From Auanema rhodensis (lineage: Eukaryota; Animalia; Nematoda), in the NCBI GenBank assembly GCA_964057225.1, contig OZ059899.1:19096001-19160000 (forward strand): a DNA stretch of 64,000 nucleotides. The letters run 5' to 3'. A model generated the notes under the pieces. The model had not been told where the DNA came from and ran no database searches. It saw nothing but the letters and a program-made list of their open reading frames with translations. This document shows positions 55,900 through 64,000 of this stretch, piece after piece (position 1 is the first letter of the stretch; each line of letters begins with the position of its first letter). The position numbers and the translations under genes were made by a program.

Positions 55900-58800
55900 T
55901 GTCCATATTAGTCTAAAAACAAATTTTTATTGATATTGGTGCATGGTAACCATGACTTTGAAATTTACGTGAACTTTAATTTATGCTAATTAAACGTACA
56001 CGTGGTGTGCACTCGGTATGTAACTCGCTTCACGTGAAAGATAAAGAGAAGCGGTTTTCAAAATTAGATTCCCCATGTCCATATTAGTCTAAAAACAAAT
56101 TTTTTTTGATATTGGTGCATGGTAACCATGATTTTGAAATTTACGTGAACTTTAATTTATGCTAATTAAATGTACACGTGGTGTGCACTCGGTATGTAAC
56201 TCGCTTCACGTGAAAGATAAAGAGATGCGGTTTTCAAAATTAGATTCCCCATGTCCATATTAGTCTAAAAACAAATTTTTATTGATATTGGTGCATGGTA
56301 ACCATGACTTTGAATTTTACGTGAACTTTAATTTATGCTAATTAAACGTACACGTGGTGTGCACTCGGTATGTAACTCGCTTCACGTGAAAGATAAAGAG
56401 ATGCGGTTTTCAAAATTAGATTCCCCATGTCCATATTAGTCTAAAAACAAATTTTTATTGATATTGGTGCATGGTAACCATGACTTTGAAATTTACGTGA
56501 ACTTTAATTTATGCTACATAAATGTACACGTGATGTGCACTTGGTATGTAACTCGCTTCACGTGAAAGATAAAAAGATGCGGTTTTTAAAATTAGATTCC
56601 CCATGTCCATATTAGTCTAAAAACGATTTTTTACTGATATTGGTGCATGGTAACCATGACTTTGAAATTTACGTGAACTTTAATTTATGCTAATTAAACG
56701 TACACGTGGTGTGCACTCGGTATGTAACTCGCTTCACGTGAAAGATAAAGAGATGCGGTTTTCAAAATTAGATTCCCCATGTCCATATTAGTCTAAAAAC
56801 AAATTTTTATTGATATTGGTGCATGGTAACCATGACTTTGAATTTTACGTGAACTTTAATTTATGCTAATTAAACGTACACGTGGTGTGCACTCGGTATG
56901 TAACTCGCTTCACGTGAAAGATAAAGAGATGCGGTTTTCAAAATTAGATTCCCCATGTCCATATTAGTCTAAAAACAAATTTTTATTGATATTGGTGCAT
57001 GGTAACCATGACTTTGAAATTTACGTGAACTTTAATTTATGCTACATAAATGTACACGTGATGTGCACTTGGTATGTAACTCGCTTCACGTGAAAGATAA
57101 AAAGATGCGGTTTTCAAAATTAGATTCCCCATGTCCATATTAGTCTAAAAACAAATTTTTATTGATATTGGTGCATGGTAACCATGACTTTGAAATTTAC
57201 GTGAACTTTAATTTATGCTAATTAAACGTACACGTGATGTGCACTTGGTATGTAACTCGCTTCACGTGAAAGATAAAGAGATGCGGTTTTTAAAATTAGA
57301 TTCCCCATGTCCATATTAGTCTAAAAACAAATTTTTATTGATATTGGTGCATGGTAACCATGACTTTGAAATTTACGTGAACTTTAATTTATGCTAATTA
57401 AACGTACACGTGATGTGCACTTGGTATGTAACTCGCTTCACGTGAAAGATAAAGAGATGCGGTTTTTAAAATTAGATTCCCCATGTCCATATTAGTCTAA
57501 AAACAATTTTTTACTGATATTGGTGCATGGTAACCATGATTTTGAAATTTACGTGAACTTTAATTTATGCTAATTAAACGTACACGTGATGTGCACTTGG
57601 TATGTAACTCGCTTCACGTGAAAGATAAAGAGATGCGGTTTTTAAAATTAGATTCCCCATGTCCATATTAGTCTAAAAACAAATTTTTTTTGATATTGGT
57701 GCATGGTAACCATGACTTTGAAATTTACGTGAACTTTAATTTATGCTAATTAAATGTACACGTGGTGTGCACTCGGTATGTAACTCGCTTCACGTGAACG
57801 ATAAAGAGATGCGGTTTTCAAAATTAGATTCCTCATGTCCATATTAGTCTAAAAACAAATTTTTATTGATATTGGTGCATGGTAACCATGATTTTGAAAT
57901 TTACGTGAACTTTAATTTATGCTAATTAAATGTACACGTGGTGTGCACTCGGTATGTAACTCGCTTCACGTGAAAGATAAAGAGATGCGGTTTTCAAAAT
58001 TAGATTCCCCATGTCCATATTAGTCTAAAAACAAATTTTTATTGATATTGGTGCATGGTAACCATGACTTTGAATTTTACGTGAACTTTAATTTATGCTA
58101 ATTAAACGTACACGTGGTGTGCACTCGGTATGTAACTCGCTTCACGTGAAAGATAAAGAGATGCGGTTTTCAAAATTAGATTCCCCATGTCCATATTAGT
58201 CTAAAAACAAATTTTTATTGATATTGGTGCATGGTAACCATGACTTTGAAATTTACGTGAACTTTAATTTATGCTACATAAATGTACACGTGATGTGCAC
58301 TTGGTATGTAACTCGCTTCACGTGAAAGATAAAAAGATGCGCTTTTTAAAATTAGATTCCCCATGTCCATATTAGTCTAAAAACAAATTTTTATTGATAT
58401 TGGTGCATGGTAACCATGACTTTGAAATTTACGTGAACTTTAATTTATGCTAATTAAACGTACACGTGGTGTGCACTCGGTATGTAACTCGCTTCACGTG
58501 AAAGATAAAGAGAAGCGGTTTTCAAAATTAGATTCCCCATGTCCATATTAGTCTAAAAACAAATTTTTTTTGATATTGGTGCATGGTAACCATGATTTTG
58601 AAATTTACGTGAACTTTAATTTATGCTAATTAAATGTACACGTGGTGTGCACTCGGTATGTAACTCGCTTCACGTGAAAGATAAAGAGATGCGGTTTTCA
58701 AAATTAGATTCCCCATGTCCATATTAGTCTAAAAACAAATTTTTATTGATATTGGTGCATGGTAACCATGACTTTGAATTTTACGTGAACTTTAATTTAT

Positions 58801-60750
58801 GCTAATTAAACGTACACGTGGTGTGCACTCGGTATGTAACTCGCTTCACGTGAAAGATAAAGAGATGCGGTTTTCAAAATTAGATTCCCCATGTCCATAT
58901 TAGTCTAAAAACAAATTTTTATTGATATTGGTGCATGGTAACCATGACTTTGAAATTTACGTGAACTTTAATTTATGCTACATAAATGTACACGTGATGT
59001 GCACTTGGTATGTAACTCGCTTCACGTGAAAGATAAAAAGATGCGGTTTTTAAAATTAGATTCCCCATGTCCATATTAGTCTAAAAACGATTTTTTACTG
59101 ATATTGGTGCATGGTAACCATGACTTTGAAATTTACGTGAACTTTAATTTATGCTAATTAAACGTACACGTGGTGTGCACTCGGTATGTAACTCGCTTCA
59201 CGTGAAAGATAAAGAGATGCGGTTTTCAAAATTAGATTCCCCATGTCCATATTAGTCTAAAAACAAATTTTTATTGATATTGGTGCATGGTAACCATGAC
59301 TTTGAATTTTACGTGAACTTTAATTTATGCTAATTAAACGTACACGTGGTGTGCACTCGGTATGTAACTCGCTTCACGTGAAAGATAAAGAGATGCGGTT
59401 TTCAAAATTAGATTCCCCATGTCCATATTAGTCTAAAAACAAATTTTTATTGATATTGGTGCATGGTAACCATGACTTTGAAATTTACGTGAACTTTAAT
59501 TTATGCTACATAAATGTACACGTGATGTGCACTTGGTATGTAACTCGCTTCACGTGAAAGATAAAAAGATGCGGTTTTCAAAATTAGATTCCCCATGTCC
59601 ATATTAGTCTAAAAACAAATTTTTATTGATATTGGTGCATGGTAACCATGACTTTGAAATTTACGTGAACTTTAATTTATGCTAATTAAACGTACACGTG
59701 ATGTGCACTTGGTATGTAACTCGCTTCACGTGAAAGATAAAGAGATGCGGTTTTTAAAATTAGATTCCCCATGTCCATATTAGTCTAAAAACAATTTTTT
59801 ACTGATATTGGTGCATGGTAACCATGATTTTGAAATTTACGTGAACTTTAATTTATGCTAATTAAACGTACACGTGATGTGCACTTGGTATGTAACTCGC
59901 TTCACGTGAAAGATAAAGAGATGCGGTTTTTAAAATTAGATTCCCCATGTCCATATTAGTCTAAAAACAAATTTTTTTTGATATTGGTGCATGGTAACCA
60001 TGACTTTGAAATTTACGTGAACTTTAATTTATGCTAATTAAATGTACACGTGGTGTGCACTCGGTATGTAACTCGCTTCACGTGAACGATAAAGAGATGC
60101 GGTTTTCAAAATTAGATTCCTCATGTCCATATTAGTCTAAAAACAAATTTTTATTGATATTGGTGCATGGTAACCATGATTTTGAAATTTACGTGAACTT
60201 TAATTTATGCTAATTAAATGTACACGTGGTGTGCACTCGGTATGTAACTCGCTTCACGTGAAAGATAAAGAGATGCGGTTTTCAAAATTAGATTCCCCAT
60301 GTCCATATTAGTCTAAAAACAAATTTTTATTGATATTGGTGCATGGTAACCATGACTTTGAATTTTACGTGAACTTTAATTTATGCTAATTAAACGTACA
60401 CGTGGTGTGCACTCGGTATGTAACTCGCTTCACGTGAAAGATAAAGAGATGCGGTTTTCAAAATTAGATTCCCCATGTCCATATTAGTCTAAAAACAAAT
60501 TTTTATTGATATTGGTGCATGGTAACCATGACTTTGAAATTTACGTGAACTTTAATTTATGCTACATAAATGTACACGTGATGTGCACTTGGTATGTAAC
60601 TCGCTTCACGTGAAAGATAAAAAGATGCGCTTTTTAAAATTAGATTCCCCATGTCCATATTAGTCTAAAAACAAATTTTTATTGATATTGGTGCATGGTA
60701 ACCATGACTTTGAAATTTACGTGAACTTTAATTTATGCTAATTAAACGTA
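55900..60750. repeat. 14/13-monomer tandem duplication
   Basis: AAACGATT at 56625/59089 (2464 = 14x176). GTGAACGAT at 57799/60087 (2288 = 13x176). Confidence 0.85.
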
Positions 60751-63700
60751 CACGTGGTGTGCACTCGGTATGTAACTCGCTTCACGTGTAAGATAAAGAG
60801 ATGCGGTTTTCAAAATTAGATTCCCCATGTCCATATTAGTCTAAAAACAAATTTTTATTGATATTGGTGCATGGTAACCATGACTTTGAAATTTACGTGA
60901 ACTTTAATTTATGCTAATTAAACGTACACGTGGTGTGCACTCGGTATGTAACTCGCTTCACGTGTAAGATAAAGAGATGCGGTTTTCAAAATTAGATTCC
61001 CCATGTCCATATTAGTCTAAAAACAAATTTTTATTGATATTGGTGCATGGTAACCATGACTTTGAAATTTACGTGAACTTTAATTTATGCTAATTAAACG
61101 TACACGTGTTGTGCACTCGGTATGTAACTCCCTTCACGTGGAAGATAAAGAGATGCGGTTTTCAAAATTAGATTCCCCATGTCCATATTAGTCTAAAAAC
61201 AAGTTTTTACTGATATTGGTGCATGGTAACCATGATTTTGAAATTTACGTGAACTTTAATTTATGCTAATTAAACGTACACGTGATGTGCACTTGGTATG
61301 TAACTCGCTTCACGTGAAAGATAAAGAGATGCGGTTTTTAAAATTAGATTTCGCATGTCCATATTAGTCTAAAAACAATTTTTTACTGATATTGGTGCAT
61401 GGTAACCATGATTTTGAAATTTACGTGAACTTTAATTTATGCTAATTAAATGTACACGTGGTGTGCACTCGGTATGTAACTCGCTTCACGTGAAAGATAA
61501 AGAGATGCGGTTTTCAAAATTAGATTCCCCATGTACATATTAGTCTAAAAACAATTTTTTACTGATATTGGTGCATGGTAACCATGATTTTGAAATTTAC
61601 GTGAACTTTAATTTATGCTAATTAAACGTACACGTGGTGTGCACTCGGTATGTAACTCGCTTCACGTGAAAGATAAAGAGATGCGGTTTTCAAAATTAGA
61701 TTCCCCATGTCCATATTAGTCTAAAAACAAATTTTTATTGATATTGGTGCATGGTAACCATGATTTTGAAATTTACGTGAACTTTAATTTATGCTAATTA
61801 AATGTACACGTGGTGTGCACTCGGTATGTAACTCGCTTCACGTGGAAGATAAAGAGATGCGATTTTCAAAAATAGATTCTTCATGTCCATATTAGTCTAA
61901 AAACAATTTTTTACTGATATTGGTGCATGGTAACCATGATTTTGAAATTTACGTGAACTTTAATTTATGCTAATTAAACGTACACGTGATGTGCACTTGG
62001 TATGTAACTCGCTTCACGTGAAAGATAAAGAGATGCGGTTTTTAAAATTAGATTCCGCATGTCCATATTAGTCTAAAAACAATTTTTTACTGATATTGGT
62101 GCATGGTAACCATGATTTTGAAATTTACGTGAACTTTAATTTATGCTAATTAAACGTACACGTGGTGTGCACTCGGTATGTAACTCGCTTCACGTGAAAG
62201 ATAAAGAGAAGCGGTTTTCAAAATTAGATTCCCCATGTCCATATTAGTCTAAAAACAAATTTTTTTTGATATTGGTGCATGGTAACCATGATTTTGAAAT
62301 TTACGTGAACTTTAATTTATGCTAATTAAATGTACACGTGGTGTGCACTCGGTATGTAACTCGCTTCACGTGAAAGATAAAGAGATGCGGTTTTCAAAAT
62401 TAGATTCCCCATGTCCATATTAGTCTAAAAACAAATTTTTATTGATATTGGTGCATGGTAACCATGACTTTGAATTTTACGTGAACTTTAATTTATGCTA
62501 ATTAAACGTACACGTGGTGTGCACTCGGTATGTAACTCGCTTCACGTGAAAGATAAAGAGATGCGGTTTTCAAAATTAGATTCCCCATGTCCATATTAGT
62601 CTAAAAACAAATTTTTATTGATATTGGTGCATGGTAACCATGACTTTGAAATTTACGTGAACTTTAATTTATGCTACATAAATGTACACGTGATGTGCAC
62701 TTGGTATGTAACTCGCTTCACGTGAAAGATAAAAAGATGCGGTTTTTAAAATTAGATTCCCCATGTCCATATTAGTCTAAAAACAAATTTTTATTGATAT
62801 TGGTGCATGGTAACCATGACTTTGAAATTTACGTGAACTTTAATTTATGCTACATAAATGTACACGTGATGTGCACTTGGTATGTAACTCGCTTCACGTG
62901 AAAGATAAAAAGATGCGGTTTTTAAAATTAGATTCCCCATGTCCATATTAGTCTAAAAACAATTTTTTACTGATATTGGTGCATGGTAACCATGACTTTG
63001 AAATTTACGTGAACTTTAATTTATGCTAATTAAACGTACACGTGGTGTGCACTCGGTATGTAACTCGCTTCACGTGAAAGATAAAGAGATGCGGTTTTCA
63101 AAATTAGATTCCCCATGTCCATATTAGTCTAAAAACAAATTTTTATTGATATTGGTGCATGGTAACCATGACTTTGAATTTTACGTGAACTTTAATTTAT
63201 GCTAATTAAACGTACACGTGGTGTGCACTCGGTATGTAACTCGCTTCACGTGAAAGATAAAGAGATGCGGTTTTTAAAATTAGATTCCCCATGTCCATAT
63301 TAGTCTAAAAACAATTTTTTACTGATATTGGTGCATGGTAACCATGACTTTGAAATTTACGTGAACTTTAATTTATGCTACATAAATGTACACGTGATGT
63401 GCACTTGGTATGTAACTCGCTTCACGTGAAAGATAAAAAGATGCGGTTTTTAAAATTAGATTCCCCATGTCCATATTAGTCTAAAAACAATTTTTTACTG
63501 ATATTGGTGCATGGTAACCATGACTTTGAAATTTACGTGAACTTTAATTTATGCTAATTAAACGTACACGTGGTGTGCACTCGGTATGTAACTCGCTTCA
63601 CGTGAAAGATAAAGAGATGCGGTTTTCAAAATTAGATTCCCCATGTCCATATTAGTCTAAAAACAAATTTTTATTGATATTGGTGCATGGTAACCATGAC

Positions 63701-64000
63701 TTTGAAATTTACGTGAACTTTAATTTATGCTAATTAAACGTACACGTGGTGTGCACTCGGTATGTAACTCGCTTCACGTGAAAGATAAAGAGAAGCGGTT
63801 TTCAAAATTAGATTCCCCATGTCCATATTAGTCTAAAAACAAATTTTTTTTGATATTGGTGCATGGTAACCATGATTTTGAAATTTACGTGAACTTTAAT
63901 TTATGCTAATTAAATGTACACGTGGTGTGCACTCGGCATGTAACTCGCTTCACGTGAAAGATAAAGAGATGCGGTTTTCAAAATTAGATTCCCCATGTCC

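Larger units (their letters stand above)
16425..64000. repeat. 176-bp tandem satellite array (~270.3 monomers, continues beyond right edge)
   Basis: Monomer CTCGCTTCACGTGAAAGATAAAGAGATGCGG...CACTCGGTATGTAA starts at 16425, 16601, 16777, etc. Phase at 64000 fits 270x176+57 after allowing for one deleted G near 21267. About 33% GC. Confidence 0.99.

Noticed and set aside
1-64000. CRISPR array or other repeat-spacer system
   Set aside because: There are no unique spacers; entire monomers repeat, and no cas or other genes are present.
1-64000. 5S rDNA, tRNA or snRNA tandem arrays, or telomeric repeats
   Set aside because: No recognisable 5S or tRNA sequence, Pol III A/B boxes or telomeric short repeats were seen in either monomer on either strand.

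Overview
The whole window is eukaryotic-type satellite DNA: two head-to-tail tandem arrays, both about 33% GC by hand count, fused at one sharp junction. Bases 1-16425 hold a 351-bp satellite (46.8 monomers, no net indel; array open at the left edge). Bases 16425-64000 hold a 176-bp satellite (270 monomers plus 57 bp, one 1-bp deletion near 21267; array open at the right edge). I see no credible gene, RNA gene, CRISPR array or intact transposon, and all listed 60-63 aa ORFs are by-products of the repeats. The notable structure is non-coding. (i) The junction has only 1 bp of microhomology and falls in the loop of a hairpin in the 351-mer. (ii) Both monomers are rich in inverted repeats and appear to share a spaced-motif module (TA[T/A]CTC-N11-AAG[C/A]TA, then a 29-bp dyad core, then a short hairpin), which hints at a common, possibly transposon-derived ancestor. 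(iii) Both arrays carry local higher-order repeats of changing size, and the 176-bp array is layered, with a distinct central zone between related flanks. I could not identify the organism or the satellite families. Centromeric or pericentromeric function is an inference only. All alignments and counts were done by eye.
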